This document shows, piece after piece, positions 9,738 to 20,239 of a stretch of DNA of 25,052 bases; the first letter of the stretch is position 1, and the number at the start of each line of letters is the position of its first letter. The stretch lies in the NCBI GenBank assembly GCA_034661055.1, contig JAYEKO010000009.1:1-25052 (forward strand), given 5' to 3'. The translations under genes were made by a program, and so were the position numbers. Under the pieces are notes generated by a model, which did not search any database, was not told the origin of the DNA, and worked only from the letters and a program-made list of their open reading frames with translations. The DNA is from Campylobacterota bacterium (GTDB lineage Bacteria > Campylobacterota > Campylobacteria > Campylobacterales > Sulfurimonadaceae).

Positions 9738-11816
9738 TTAAGACTCTTTGTCTTCCTCTTTTTTAACAAGTGCTGTGTAGTTCTCATCTTTTGAGATTAG
9801 TGATGCCTCGTAAAGAAACTGTGACGGTAAAAAGTTGCTTTTTTTAATCTTATCGTACTTTGCATAGCTTAAAAAAAGTCTATCTTTTGCCCGTGTTACA
9901 GAGACATAAAAAAGTCGCCTCTCTTCATCAATACTACCACCTCGACTCATCAACTTTCTATTAGGAAACCTTCCATCCATCAAATCAATAACATATACCT
10001 CTTTATATTCTAAACCTTTAGAAGCATGAATACTTAAGAGATGAACACCCTCCCCTTGAGTAAGATCTTGTGAACCTAACACCATCGCATTTAAAAATCT
10101 CTCATGGTCACGATATGGCTTAGAAAGCTCAAAGAGCACAAGAGACTTTCTTCTGATTCTCTGTACTGACTCACTCTTTAGCTTCTCATCTATACTTCCA
10201 TCAGCTAGTTGCCCCCGTTTCGTTGAAAGTGTTTCAACAATATCAGCATATATCAGAGAACTAGAGATCTTTTTTATTACATCCTTAGGTTTTGAAAGCT
10301 TTTTAAGCTCTTTAAATAAAAGATAGATATGATAAAGAAATTGCGCAGCATCTTTTGTCAATTTAGGATGCTTTAAAACTGGATTATTAAAAAACTTTTT
10401 TTCAAATCCTAATGCTGCAAAACGCCCACGACTTCCTAACTCTGCAAAGTCATCAAAAAGACCTAGTTGATGATTAAGCTTGCGTTTTTCAAAAGGGTTC
10501 TCAATACCAGTATCGGGAGAGAAAATACCCTTAAAAAAAGAGCTATCACCCAGTTTTTGAAACGCAATAAATATCTCTTTTGCAATAGCACTTCCAATTC
10601 CTTTAGAGTACTCAAACAGATGAATAAAAGCCATCATATCACTCTCATTAATTAAAAGAGTGTAAATATCTAAAATAGCCTTAATCTCTTTAGAATCAAA
10701 AAAACTTGTACCACCGCGTCTGCGACAAGCAATGCCCTGCTCTCGTAATGTTGCCTCAATGCCATCTGCTGAGGAGTTGTTTCTAAAAATGACTGCAATC
10801 TCTTCTTTATCTGTCAAACTCTGCTTAATTAACATTGCAATAGCATGGTATTGGTCAAAAAGTTCATCATAAACTATAAGTTTAGGATCATGTGTCGCAT
10901 CTTGACGTGTCACCTCAAGCTGTTTGGGATAAATTCTTTCATTATAAGCAATAACACGATTTGCTAGAGATAAGATAGGTACCGTTGAACGATAATTTTT
11001 ACTGAGTGTATGAATTTTAGCATCAGAAAATTTTGTTGCAAATGAACCAATAATAGTAATATCTGCCCCATTAAAAGCGTAAATACTCTGATCATAATCT
11101 CCAACACAAAAGAGTGACTTTGGCTTCATTGCATCAATTAGAGCCCCTTGCAGGACGTTAGTATCTTGGTACTCATCTACTAAAACTTCTTGATAGCCCA
11201 AGTCTAACTCTTGGCACACTTTCTTCATCTGAAGAAGCAGATCATTAAAGTTTAAAAACCCATACTGTAACTTCAACTCTTCAAATTCTTCGACAATATC
11301 GGCATAAATATATTTATATATTTCATGGTCGTTTTGACGGTTAGAGATCCACTCTTCAAAGTCGTCGTTTATCTCTGTGTTTTGATAAAATGAATAGATA
11401 TCGTAAAGATAATTTGCACCATAAGCTGGTGTTGGTGAGTCTATATGAGAGAAAGAACGTTTCTCATAAACACTTCTAAACAGAGTCTTCAACTCACGAG
11501 GCTGCTTTAAAACCACCTTACCATCACGACGCTTAAGCCATCTATAACTAATAGAATGAAAGGTTCCAGCATCAATCTTACCTGCCACATCTTTTCCAAA
11601 ATAGTGTGCAACTCGTTCCACCATCTCACCAGCTGCTTTATTCGTAAAAGTTAAAAGTAAGATTTCTTCAGGTTTAACACTATTATTTAAAAGATAAGCG
11701 ATACGTCCTACTATAGTAGAAGTCTTACCTGTACCTGCACTTGCAATAATTAAGTTATGTCCATAAACTGCTGTAGCAGCACTTAACTGCTCTTTATTTA
11801 AACGAGAAAGTGGCAA
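9738..11816 (-). CDS. UvrD/Rep-family SF1A DNA helicase
   Basis: TTG start with an AAAGGAG SD. Motifs ASAGTGKT, LTFTNKAA, VLVDEYQD, VGDYDQSIYAF, NYRS, SIHASKGLEY and EERRLFYVSVTRAK. Confidence 0.95.
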   Translation of the reverse strand: MPLSRLNKEQLSAATAVYGHNLIIASAGTGKTSTIVGRIAYLLNNSVKPEEILLLTFTNKAAGEMVERVAHYFGKDVAGKIDAGTFHSISYRWLKRRDGKVVLKQPRELKTLFRSVYEKRSFSHIDSPTPAYGANYLYDIYSFYQNTEINDDFEEWISNRQNDHEIYKYIYADIVEEFEELKLQYGFLNFNDLLLQMKKVCQELDLGYQEVLVDEYQDTNVLQGALIDAMKPKSLFCVGDYDQSIYAFNGADITIIGSFATKFSDAKIHTLSKNYRSTVPILSLANRVIAYNERIYPKQLEVTRQDATHDPKLIVYDELFDQYHAIAMLIKQSLTDKEEIAVIFRNNSSADGIEATLREQGIACRRRGGTSFFDSKEIKAILDIYTLLINESDMMAFIHLFEYSKGIGSAIAKEIFIAFQKLGDSSFFKGIFSPDTGIENPFEKRKLNHQLGLFDDFAELGSRGRFAALGFEKKFFNNPVLKHPKLTKDAAQFLYHIYLLFKELKKLSKPKDVIKKISSSLIYADIVETLSTKRGQLADGSIDEKLKSESVQRIRRKSLVLFELSKPYRDHERFLNAMVLGSQDLTQGEGVHLLSIHASKGLEYKEVYVIDLMDGRFPNRKLMSRGGSIDEERRLFYVSVTRAKDRLFLSYAKYDKIKKSNFLPSQFLYEASLISKDENYTALVKKEEDKES

Positions 11817-11845
11817 AGTACTCCTTTGTACTTCGCCGTGAAGTA

Positions 11846-12226
11846 CTATTTAAACGATTTTATTGACTCAGCCATACCAAAGTCAGCATGCATCTCTGGC
11901 TTGAGAATAACTTGAGCCATTTTATTGTTATCTTTATTGAAGATCAGTGGTGCAAGGAAATTGATTTTAGATTCATCAAGTGGGTCCTGAACAACAACGA
12001 TATTATATACAAGAAGATTTGATTTTTCGTTAATATCAAGTAAAATTTTTATATTACTAGGGAGATCAAATGAATATTCTCGAAGTAGATATGGATTAAC
12101 TAATGTAAATGAGATGTTTTTATTTTTAATGTCTTTAATAGTTGCAAACAGTTCATCAATCTCATTTAACTCTACATCAAATGTTTTGTCAAATCCATAA
12201 ATCTCTCCAGCTACATTATAAATCAT
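11846..12226 (-). CDS. fliW: Flagellar assembly factor FliW
   Basis: FTLVNPYLLREYSFDL and INFLAPLIFNKDNNKMAQVIL match FliW; located next to valS. Confidence 0.9.
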   Translation of the reverse strand: MIYNVAGEIYGFDKTFDVELNEIDELFATIKDIKNKNISFTLVNPYLLREYSFDLPSNIKILLDINEKSNLLVYNIVVVQDPLDESKINFLAPLIFNKDNNKMAQVILKPEMHADFGMAESIKSFK

Positions 12227-12319
12227 AAATACCCCTTTTTTTATATTGTAATTTAATGATACTCACTATTGCTTTTAAATAATCTTAATCTCTTTAGAGA
12301 GTTTTTACATCTGCTTCGC

Positions 12320-12325
12320 TATAAT
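12320..12325 (+). promoter_or_regulatory. Putative -10 box for the valS operon
   Basis: gcTATAAT about 38 nt upstream of ATG 12363. Confidence 0.5.
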
Positions 12326-12362
12326 CGCGATAATATTATATTTATTGAAAGTAGATAATTTC

Positions 12363-14987
12363 ATGTCAAAACAGACCTATGAACCTTCAGCTATAGAAGA
12401 GAGCTATTATAAAACTTGGGAAGAGCGCGAATACTTCGAAATTGATGGCAACAAAAGTATTCAAAAACAGAATAAAAACTTTGCTATTATGATGCCACCT
12501 CCAAATGTGACAGGACGACTGCATATTGGACATGCCCTGACCTTTACCCTGCAAGATATCATTACCCGTTATAAACGTATGGATGGCTATAAAACACTTT
12601 GGCAGCCTGGAACGGACCATGCTGGTATCGCTACACAAAATGTTGTTGAAAAACAACTTCTTGCCGAAGGAACAACAAAAGAAGAGCTAGGACGTGAGGC
12701 ATTTCTAGAACGTGCATGGGCTTGGAAAGCTGAGTCTGCTGGAATAATGACCGACCAACTTCGTAAAATGGGAGTCTCTCCTGCATGGAAACGTGAACGT
12801 TTTACTATGGATGATGGACTTCAGAGTTCTGTAAAAGAGGCCTTTGTTCACCTTTATAATAAAGGGCTTATTATTCGTGGGAACTATATGGTCAACTGGT
12901 GTACACATGATGGTGCATTAAGCGATATTGAAGTAGAACATGAAGATCATGATGGTAAATTCTATCATATCATCTACCCTTTTGCTGATGGAAGTGGCTC
13001 GGTTGAGGTAGCAACAACTCGACCAGAAACCTACTTTGGCGATACGGCTATTATGGTTCATCCTGAGGACACTCGCTATCAAAACCTAATTGGTAAAAAA
13101 ATTCGCCTTCCTCTACTTGAACGTGAAGTAACAATTATTGCAGATGAGCATGTTGACATGGAATTTGGAACCGGTGTGGTTAAAGTTACTCCAGCTCATG
13201 ATCAAAATGACTACGAAGTGGGTAAGAGACATGATCTTAAGTTCATTACAGTATTTGATGAGAAAGGTATTCTTAATGAGTATGCCGGAGAATTCAAAGG
13301 ATTGGAGCGACTTGAAGCACGAGAAACGATTGTCAAGCGTCTCTCTGAAGAAGGCTTTATTGTCAAAGTAGAAGATCATAAACATCAGGTTGGGCACTGT
13401 TATCGGTGTAAAAATATCGTAGAACCCTATATTTCTAAACAGTGGTTTGTTAGAAATGAAGTGGCTAAAAAATCCATTGAAAAGACAAATAGCGGGGAGG
13501 CTAAATTTTTTCCATCTCACTGGATAAACAGCTACAACTCATGGATGGGTGATTTAAGAGACTGGTGTATCTCGCGTCAGTTATGGTGGGGTCATCAGAT
13601 TCCTGTATTTTACTGTGATGACTGTGAGCATGAGTTTGCATCTCAAGAAGATTATCCAGAAGCGTGTCCAAAGTGTGCATCAAAAAATCTTACTCAAGAC
13701 CCTGATGTTCTTGACACTTGGTTTAGCTCAGCACTGTGGCCATTTTCAACATTAGGATGGGGCAATGGTGATTCTGAGATGGACCGACTTTTCACTTCAG
13801 AAGATATGAAAAACTTCTATCCAAATACACTGCTTATTACTGGCTTTGACATTCTATTCTTTTGGGTAGCGCGTATGATGATGATGGGAGAGAACTTTAA
13901 CGGTGAACTACCTTTTAGGCATATCTACCTACACGCTCTAGTTCGTGATGCAAAAGGTGACAAAATGAGTAAATCTAAAGGCAATGTCATTGATCCTTTA
14001 GACATGATCGAAAAATATAGTGCTGATGCACTACGCTTTACTCTTGCTGTTTTAGCAGTTCAAGGCCGTGATATTCGTCTTTCAGAAGAGAAGCTTGAAC
14101 TTAGCCGTAACTTCACCAATAAACTTTTTAATGCTTCTCGTTACCTTCAGATGAATATTGAGACCTTTGATGATTTAGCAGATATTGAAATACAGACACC
14201 ACTTGGTCTCTATATGCAGAGCCGTCTTGCCGTAGCAACAAAAGAGACCCGTAACTTCATTGATGAGTACCGTTTTAATGATGCGGCAACAGTGCTTTAC
14301 CGTTATCTCTGGAATGAGTTCTGTGGTTGGGGTATTGAGCTCTCTAAAGTCTCTAAAGAGAGTGTTCCTGAGCTTGGAGCCATCTTTAAAGAATCAATGA
14401 AACTCATTCACCCATTTATGCCATTTATTACAGAGCATCTCTACCATGAGCTTTCAGGAACAACAGTAGAAAACAGTGACTCTATTATGATAATGAATTA
14501 TCCAGAAAATATTACATGTAATTTAGAAGTTGAAAAACAGTTTGATGTTGCAATGGATGCTATTGTCGCCGTTCGTCGTGCTAAAGCTCTTGTCGATATG
14601 GCAAATCAGAAAATTCCGGCAGCATTTATTAAAACTGATGCTACAATTGATGAAACAATGATGATTCCATTTATTACCCGTCTTGGTAAAGTTGAAAAAG
14701 TAGAATTTACTACAAGTAAAATTGACAACTCAGTCAGTGATGTTAGTGAGTATGTTGAAGTCTATATTCCAACAGAGTCAATCGATTTAAGCCCAATTAT
14801 TGCCCGTCTTAAAAAACAGAGTGAAAAACTTGACAAAGAGATCGGAAAATTAAACGGGATGCTTAGCAATAAACGATTTGTTGAAAATGCACCTGCAGAA
14901 GTTATTGAGAAAAACACTCAAGAGCTTGAAGATGCAAAACTCAAACAGAGCAAGATTGCTGAACAACTTGCATCACTTGAAGGCTAA
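12363..14987 (+). CDS. valS: Valine--tRNA ligase
   Basis: PPPNVTGRLHIGH (HIGH), DWCISRQLWWGH, KMSKS and the C-terminal coiled-coil arm. Start re-called to ATG 12363; TTG 12345 is the alternative. Confidence 0.98.
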   Translation: MSKQTYEPSAIEESYYKTWEEREYFEIDGNKSIQKQNKNFAIMMPPPNVTGRLHIGHALTFTLQDIITRYKRMDGYKTLWQPGTDHAGIATQNVVEKQLLAEGTTKEELGREAFLERAWAWKAESAGIMTDQLRKMGVSPAWKRERFTMDDGLQSSVKEAFVHLYNKGLIIRGNYMVNWCTHDGALSDIEVEHEDHDGKFYHIIYPFADGSGSVEVATTRPETYFGDTAIMVHPEDTRYQNLIGKKIRLPLLEREVTIIADEHVDMEFGTGVVKVTPAHDQNDYEVGKRHDLKFITVFDEKGILNEYAGEFKGLERLEARETIVKRLSEEGFIVKVEDHKHQVGHCYRCKNIVEPYISKQWFVRNEVAKKSIEKTNSGEAKFFPSHWINSYNSWMGDLRDWCISRQLWWGHQIPVFYCDDCEHEFASQEDYPEACPKCASKNLTQDPDVLDTWFSSALWPFSTLGWGNGDSEMDRLFTSEDMKNFYPNTLLITGFDILFFWVARMMMMGENFNGELPFRHIYLHALVRDAKGDKMSKSKGNVIDPLDMIEKYSADALRFTLAVLAVQGRDIRLSEEKLELSRNFTNKLFNASRYLQMNIETFDDLADIEIQTPLGLYMQSRLAVATKETRNFIDEYRFNDAATVLYRYLWNEFCGWGIELSKVSKESVPELGAIFKESMKLIHPFMPFITEHLYHELSGTTVENSDSIMIMNYPENITCNLEVEKQFDVAMDAIVAVRRAKALVDMANQKIPAAFIKTDATIDETMMIPFITRLGKVEKVEFTTSKIDNSVSDVSEYVEVYIPTESIDLSPIIARLKKQSEKLDKEIGKLNGMLSNKRFVENAPAEVIEKNTQELEDAKLKQSKIAEQLASLEG

Positions 14988-14990
14988 ATA

Positions 14991-16529
14991 GTGTTTGACA
15001 TTAGAAAATACCAATCTCAAAATATTAAAAATGACCTCCTTTCAGGTCTTGTCGTTGCTGTTGCCCTTGTACCTGAAGCGATTGCTTTCTCATTTATTGC
15101 AGGAGTAAGTCCAATTGTTGGTCTCTACACTGCATTTATTTTAGGACTTATCACCTCTTTGATGGGTGGCAAGCCAGGAATGATCAGTGGTGCTACAGGA
15201 GCGGTAGCCATCGTCTTTGTTGGTCTTGGGATGAAAGCTCATGAAATGCTCTCAGCGCAGGGGTTAAGCGGTGATGAGATAAGCATTGGCATACTGCAGT
15301 ACATCTTACTAGCAACAGTTATTGCTGGTGCTATTCAGATTCTCTTTGGAGTGTTTAAACTTGGAAAGTTTATTCGTCTTGTACCTCAACCTGCTATGTA
15401 TGGGTTTGTCAACGGATTAGCCATTGTCATTGCTACATCTCAATTTAAGTTCTTTGAAGGAGAGGGAACAATCATGTATGTTCTCGTTGCTGTTACCATG
15501 GCTATAATGTTTTTGCTGCCAAAATATACAAAAGCAATTCCATCAGGACTTATAGCAATAATTACCATTACCCTCATTGCCTACTTTACAAAACTAGACA
15601 CCATTTTAGTAGGTGAACTTGCAGACCTCTCTCAATTTAAAGGCCAACTTCCAAGTTTTGGAATTCCTGATTACATTTTAAGTATGGATGCTATTATGAT
15701 GGTACTTCCTTACGCTATTATTGTCTCACTTGTAGGTCTTATTGAATCACTTCTTACTCTTTCTGTTCTTGATGAGATGAGCAACAGTCGTGGTAGTGCC
15801 AATAAAGAGTGTATTGCTCAAGGAACGGGAAATATCTGTTGTGGTATGTTTGGCGGTATGGCAGGGTGTGCAATGATTGGTCAATCTATCATTAACTTTA
15901 CCTCTGGTGGTCTAGGTCGCCTCTCCTCATTTACTGCTGCTATTGGGCTTATTTTACTTGTATCACTCTTTACAGACCTTTTAAATGTTATTCCTGTTGC
16001 AGTACTTGTCGGAATTATGTTCATGGTAAGTTTTGGTACCTTTGAATGGAGTAGCTTTTCTCACCTAAAACATATGCCGCGAGCAGATGCGTTTGTTATG
16101 GTAGCTGTTACCATTATTACTGTAATGGCTGACTTGGCTATTGCCGTTATTTCTGGTGTAATCATCTCTGCTCTAGTCTTTGCATGGAAACATGCTAGAA
16201 TCTATGCAACAACACGAATTGAAAAAGATGGAACCAAGGTGTATGAACTTGATGGTCCACTATTTTTTGGATCAGCAATGACTTTTCCAGATAACTTCAG
16301 CATACTTGATGACCCACAAAAAGTTGTTATTGACTTTAAAAATGCACGAGTTATGGATTCATCTGGCGTTGAAGCCATTGATGCACTGACTAAAAAATAT
16401 GAAGATGCCAATAAAAACCTACTGTTGCGTCATCTATCACAAGACTGTAAAAATATTCTAAAACAGGCAGGTCCACACTGTGAATATGAAGAGGATGATC
16501 CAACTTATAAGGTCGCTTTTAACTACTAA
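14991..16529 (+). CDS. SulP-family anion transporter with STAS domain
   Basis: SGLVVAVALVPEAIAF, GGKPGMISGATGA, GCAMIGQS, many TM helices, and C-terminal STAS (DGPLFFGS, DSSGVEAI). Confidence 0.93.
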   Translation: MFDIRKYQSQNIKNDLLSGLVVAVALVPEAIAFSFIAGVSPIVGLYTAFILGLITSLMGGKPGMISGATGAVAIVFVGLGMKAHEMLSAQGLSGDEISIGILQYILLATVIAGAIQILFGVFKLGKFIRLVPQPAMYGFVNGLAIVIATSQFKFFEGEGTIMYVLVAVTMAIMFLLPKYTKAIPSGLIAIITITLIAYFTKLDTILVGELADLSQFKGQLPSFGIPDYILSMDAIMMVLPYAIIVSLVGLIESLLTLSVLDEMSNSRGSANKECIAQGTGNICCGMFGGMAGCAMIGQSIINFTSGGLGRLSSFTAAIGLILLVSLFTDLLNVIPVAVLVGIMFMVSFGTFEWSSFSHLKHMPRADAFVMVAVTIITVMADLAIAVISGVIISALVFAWKHARIYATTRIEKDGTKVYELDGPLFFGSAMTFPDNFSILDDPQKVVIDFKNARVMDSSGVEAIDALTKKYEDANKNLLLRHLSQDCKNILKQAGPHCEYEEDDPTYKVAFNY

Positions 16530-16567
16530 AATTCTATGTTACATTTGTGTTAAACCAAAGGAAGATT

Positions 16568-16981
16568 ATGCAAATTCGTGAAATTTCTTTAAAAGAGCTA
16601 GACGTTGCCTATGAAGTTATTAAAGAGCTTCGTGCTCTTAGCTACATTGAGTTCGAAGATCTTATTTACGATATGCGACATCAAGAGTATAAAATCATAG
16701 GACTTTTCACCAAAGAAGAGCTACATACATACGCAGGTGTATCTGTTCAAACCAATCTTTACCATAAAAAGCATCTCTACATTTATGACCTTGTCACTAA
16801 AACAAAGTCACGCTCAAAAAATTACGCAAAAGAGATGCTAATCTACCTAGAAGATTATGCCAAAATTAATCAATGTCAAAATATTGTACTCTCTTCAGGA
16901 TTTAGCAGAGAAGATGCTCACCGTTTTTATGAAAACCTAGGATTTACTAAAAAAAGTTTTCTTTTTTTAAAAGAGGTTTAG
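16568..16981 (+). CDS. GNAT-family acetyltransferase
   Basis: Start re-called at ATG 16568 (SD AAAGGAAG). YIYDLVT...RSKNYAKEML (acetyl-CoA motif A) and AHRFYENLGF. Confidence 0.88.
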   Translation: MQIREISLKELDVAYEVIKELRALSYIEFEDLIYDMRHQEYKIIGLFTKEELHTYAGVSVQTNLYHKKHLYIYDLVTKTKSRSKNYAKEMLIYLEDYAKINQCQNIVLSSGFSREDAHRFYENLGFTKKSFLFLKEV

Positions 16982-17009
16982 TCTCTCGTTTTAAAAATAC
17001 ATGTATTTC

Positions 17010-17960
17010 TTAATCAAGCTTCCAATAGAAAATATCTTCTTCATCTCCTGAACTAAAAAGCTCTTTTTCATTCATAAACTTTATGGTGTTCACTACAGCA
17101 TAGTGACCAATTAGACAATCTGTTTTACGGCCATCACTAGTATGAAAAATTTGTAGCTTACTATCGGCACCACTTGAATACGCTCCAAGTTTTCCACTAG
17201 GACTAAGTGCTACACTATAGACAAGAAAATCACTTTTAATATGGTACGCTTTTTTACCTAATTGATAAACACCCACTTTTCTATCTTGCCCACCAGTAAT
17301 GATCACTCCACTGCTGTATGCCACCTTGTAAACATTGTCAAGGTTCTCAGATGATAGGACTTGTTCTACATTTGAACTTTCAATGTCAATTAGTCGAATA
17401 GAACCGCTCTCATCAGACATAATCATCTTTTTATGGTCTTCACTTAAAGCGATATCACCAAAAGTGCTTTGTGAAACATGACTTTTATAGGCTTGAAACT
17501 TCTCTTGAGTATCATAAAGAATCATCTCAGCACCAAAGGTTCCCATCATAATACGTTCATCATCAATAAAACGAGCTTCTTTAACCACTAGCTCTTTGCT
17601 TTCATCTATGGTCTTAGTCAACACACCATTTTCATGAACATATACATTACGAAAAGCTTTAGTTCCGGCACTTACAATTAATGTTTTACCATTAAATCGA
17701 TCCACACTCTGTACTCTTGGAGGAACTAACTCCCCACGACCTGTTAAAATAGGCTCTAAAGTAATCTGTGAAACAATTTTTTTACTATTTAAGTCAAAAA
17801 TATCCACGCGACCCATATCGGTTCCTGCGTAAAGTCTAGTTCCATCAATTACAAAGTCGGTAACAACACCTGAAGCATGCATACGAAATGTGGGAGTAAT
17901 ATCTTTTGCTTGTATTGCAGTAAATAATAGAACCCACCCTAAGCAAAACCTACTAAACAT
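17010..17960 (-). CDS. Exported WD40/beta-propeller protein, NapL-like
   Basis: Signal peptide plus WD-like blades (ITGGQDRKVGVY; GHYAVVNTIKF...LFSSGDE...FYW). The resemblance to Campylobacterota NapL is from memory. Confidence 0.65.
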   Translation of the reverse strand: MFSRFCLGWVLLFTAIQAKDITPTFRMHASGVVTDFVIDGTRLYAGTDMGRVDIFDLNSKKIVSQITLEPILTGRGELVPPRVQSVDRFNGKTLIVSAGTKAFRNVYVHENGVLTKTIDESKELVVKEARFIDDERIMMGTFGAEMILYDTQEKFQAYKSHVSQSTFGDIALSEDHKKMIMSDESGSIRLIDIESSNVEQVLSSENLDNVYKVAYSSGVIITGGQDRKVGVYQLGKKAYHIKSDFLVYSVALSPSGKLGAYSSGADSKLQIFHTSDGRKTDCLIGHYAVVNTIKFMNEKELFSSGDEEDIFYWKLD

Positions 17961-19310
17961 TTATCCATCTCTTCTTCGCGAACGTGAACGTGCTTGTGAA
18001 CGTGATTTAGACTCTTGTCGCGATGAAGCATTCTCTCTGTTTGAACCACTGTTCTCACTTTTTTTCCTTGGTTTTGAAGCACTATTTTTACCAGCACTAG
18101 AGCCCAATACTGACGGCTTACCCCTAGAACGTGAACGACTTTTTTTAGTAGGGTCCACTGTTGCTTTAATAGAAGGGTCTGGGGCAAAACCTTGCACTTT
18201 CACTACGGTAATCTTTCCTTTAATAAGCTTCTCAATATTTCTTAAATATTCTGCTTCATCAACACATACCAAAGAGACTGCTTCTCCTTCATTACCTGCT
18301 CGTCCTGTTCTCCCAATTCGGTGAACATAATCTTCTGGAACATTTGGAAGCTCATAATTCACCACATGAGGTAGCTGGTCAATATCAATTCCACGGGCAG
18401 CAATGTCAGTTGCTACAAGAACTCGGACACTACCATCTTTAAAATTAGCTAAGGCCTTTGTACGAGCACTTTGACTCTTGTTTCCATGAATAGCTGCAGC
18501 TGTAATACCATCTTTTTCAAGTTGCTTTGTTAGACGATTAGCACCATGTTTTGTTCTCGTAAAGACAAGAACTTGCTTCCACTCTCCTGTCGTTATTAGA
18601 TGAGATAGAAGTTCACGTTTTCTATCTTTATCTACACGGTGAACAATTTGCTCTACCATCTCAGAAGTCGTATTGCGACGTGCTACCTCAATAAATTTTG
18701 GAAAATGCAGCAATCCATCTGCTAGTTTTTTAATCTCAGGTGAGAATGTTGCTGAAAAAAGAAGATTTTGACGATGTTTTGGCAGCATTGCTAAGACTTT
18801 CTTAATGTCGTGAATAAAACCCATGTCGAGCATTCTATCTGCTTCATCTAAAATAAGACACTCTACACGAGAGAGGTCAATTGCTTTTTGTTCCGCTAGA
18901 TCTAACAGTCGTCCAGGTGTTGCAACAACTATGTCAACCCCCCTACGCAATGTAGCAATTTGAGGTTTAATACCTACTCCACCAAAAATTACTGTTGATT
19001 TAAAAGGTAAATACTTACCATAATTAGCAACACTCTCTTGAACTTGTGCTGCCAACTCTCGTGTAGGTGTCAAAATAAGCGCACGAACAGGATGTTTTCC
19101 TTTAGGTGCTGGACGCTGACTAAGTCGCTCTAATAACGGCAGTGTGAAACCTGCCGTCTTACCTGTTCCTGTTTGAGCACCTGCTAATATATCTTTTTTC
19201 TCTAAAATAATAGGAATTGCCTGACGCTGAACAGGTGTAGGTTCACTGTAGCCTTGTTCTGCTATAGCACGTAAAATTGGCTCAGATAAGCCGAGTGTTG
19301 AAAATGACAT
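17961..19310 (-). CDS. rhlE: DEAD-box RNA helicase RhlE
   Basis: Start re-called at MSFSTLGL (ATG 19310). Q motif, [34 protein letters not shown] and a basic RS-rich tail. Confidence 0.93.
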   Translation of the reverse strand: MSFSTLGLSEPILRAIAEQGYSEPTPVQRQAIPIILEKKDILAGAQTGTGKTAGFTLPLLERLSQRPAPKGKHPVRALILTPTRELAAQVQESVANYGKYLPFKSTVIFGGVGIKPQIATLRRGVDIVVATPGRLLDLAEQKAIDLSRVECLILDEADRMLDMGFIHDIKKVLAMLPKHRQNLLFSATFSPEIKKLADGLLHFPKFIEVARRNTTSEMVEQIVHRVDKDRKRELLSHLITTGEWKQVLVFTRTKHGANRLTKQLEKDGITAAAIHGNKSQSARTKALANFKDGSVRVLVATDIAARGIDIDQLPHVVNYELPNVPEDYVHRIGRTGRAGNEGEAVSLVCVDEAEYLRNIEKLIKGKITVVKVQGFAPDPSIKATVDPTKKSRSRSRGKPSVLGSSAGKNSASKPRKKSENSGSNRENASSRQESKSRSQARSRSRRRDG

Positions 19311-19463
19311 AAAAATACCTTTAAAACGAGCCATCCCAAAAGCTTGTTGCTCTGGTCGGTCCAGGCTAGATTATGTGATGTTGTTTAGTTAAGGTTATCA
19401 AAGGATTACAAAAACGGAGTCAGTCGTAGACCGAAGTACGCTGAAATTGCGCGAATTATAACA
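19311..19463 (-). promoter_or_regulatory. rhlE promoter (extended -10 TGTTATAAT, 19463-19455) and ~140-nt 5' leader with a possible long-range stem
   Basis: Extended -10 seen on the minus strand. The leader contains UCGGUCUA (19434-19427), complementary to UGGACCGA (19363-19356). Confidence 0.5.
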
Positions 19464-19513
19464 TAATATCAGTAAAACACGATACAATTGCACCACTAAT
19501 TCAAGGACTTCTC

Positions 19514-20125
19514 ATGTCATCTGTTAAACGTCAAAACCATCGTGTTCACCCCTGCACAACCAAACAAAAAAATGAGCTTTTAAACTTTTTAATTTCCAAT
19601 AACGAAGAGCTGGCAATTCTTGTTGTAACCGCCAATAGTCCAGAAAATATTGAAATTACATGTAATAACGACAATGTAACCATTATGGACGATACTTCTC
19701 TAGCTGAGAATTATGAAATTACATGTAATTTACTTATTAGCTACGACCTGCCAAACACTCCAGAAGACTATGCAGCTAGGCTTTCACGAGCAAAAGATAG
19801 AGCATTGATTTTACTTAATGGAGATGAAAGACAACTGCTCTACCCCATTGAAAGAGTACTAGGACGTACTTTAATTCAAGAACAGATAGATGGATTTGAA
19901 GCTAAATTTGCGATGGAACCAGAGCCTAAAGAAAAAGTGTACCGAAATGATTATACCAACAAACCAAAACCTAATAGTAAGGGTGATCGAAAAGAGTTTA
20001 AAGGTGAACGTAAAGATTTTAAAAAAGATCGTAAACCCAAAAGCACTACAAAAGAGTCAACACCAAAACGTCCCGCACGTAAAATAAGCGGTAAAGTTTT
20101 TAAAGATGCTAAAAAAGGAAAATAA
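19514..20125 (+). CDS. Stand-alone degenerate DEAD-box helicase C-terminal (RecA2)-like protein with basic tail
   Basis: Aligns by eye to the RhlE C-domain (KNELLNFLI vs [28 protein letters not shown] vs [28 protein letters not shown] vs LRNIEKLIK). AAGGA SD; Lys/Arg-rich C-terminus. Confidence 0.7.
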   Translation: MSSVKRQNHRVHPCTTKQKNELLNFLISNNEELAILVVTANSPENIEITCNNDNVTIMDDTSLAENYEITCNLLISYDLPNTPEDYAARLSRAKDRALILLNGDERQLLYPIERVLGRTLIQEQIDGFEAKFAMEPEPKEKVYRNDYTNKPKPNSKGDRKEFKGERKDFKKDRKPKSTTKESTPKRPARKISGKVFKDAKKGK

Positions 20126-20186
20126 GCTCTCAACTACTAATATTTTTATTCAACATATTAATTTACCTTAGAGAAAATACTACGAT

Positions 20187-20215
20187 TTGACAAGATTTAT
20201 TGTATGCGATAAAAT
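20187..20215 (+). promoter_or_regulatory. Promoter of the first TA operon
   Basis: TTGACA (20187-20192), 17-nt spacer, TAAAAT (20210-20215). Confidence 0.65.
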
Positions 20216-20239
20216 GCTATTAAAAAATGGAGCTTTATT

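Noticed and set aside
11828..11846. GTACTTC-N5-GAAGTAC hairpin between fliW and the helicase
   Set aside because: 7-bp stem with no U-tract on the coding strand; it does not cover the SD, so no function can be supported.
16995..17008. Perfect palindrome AAATACATGTATTT between convergent genes
   Set aside because: AT-rich and loopless; plausible by chance or at most a weak terminator.
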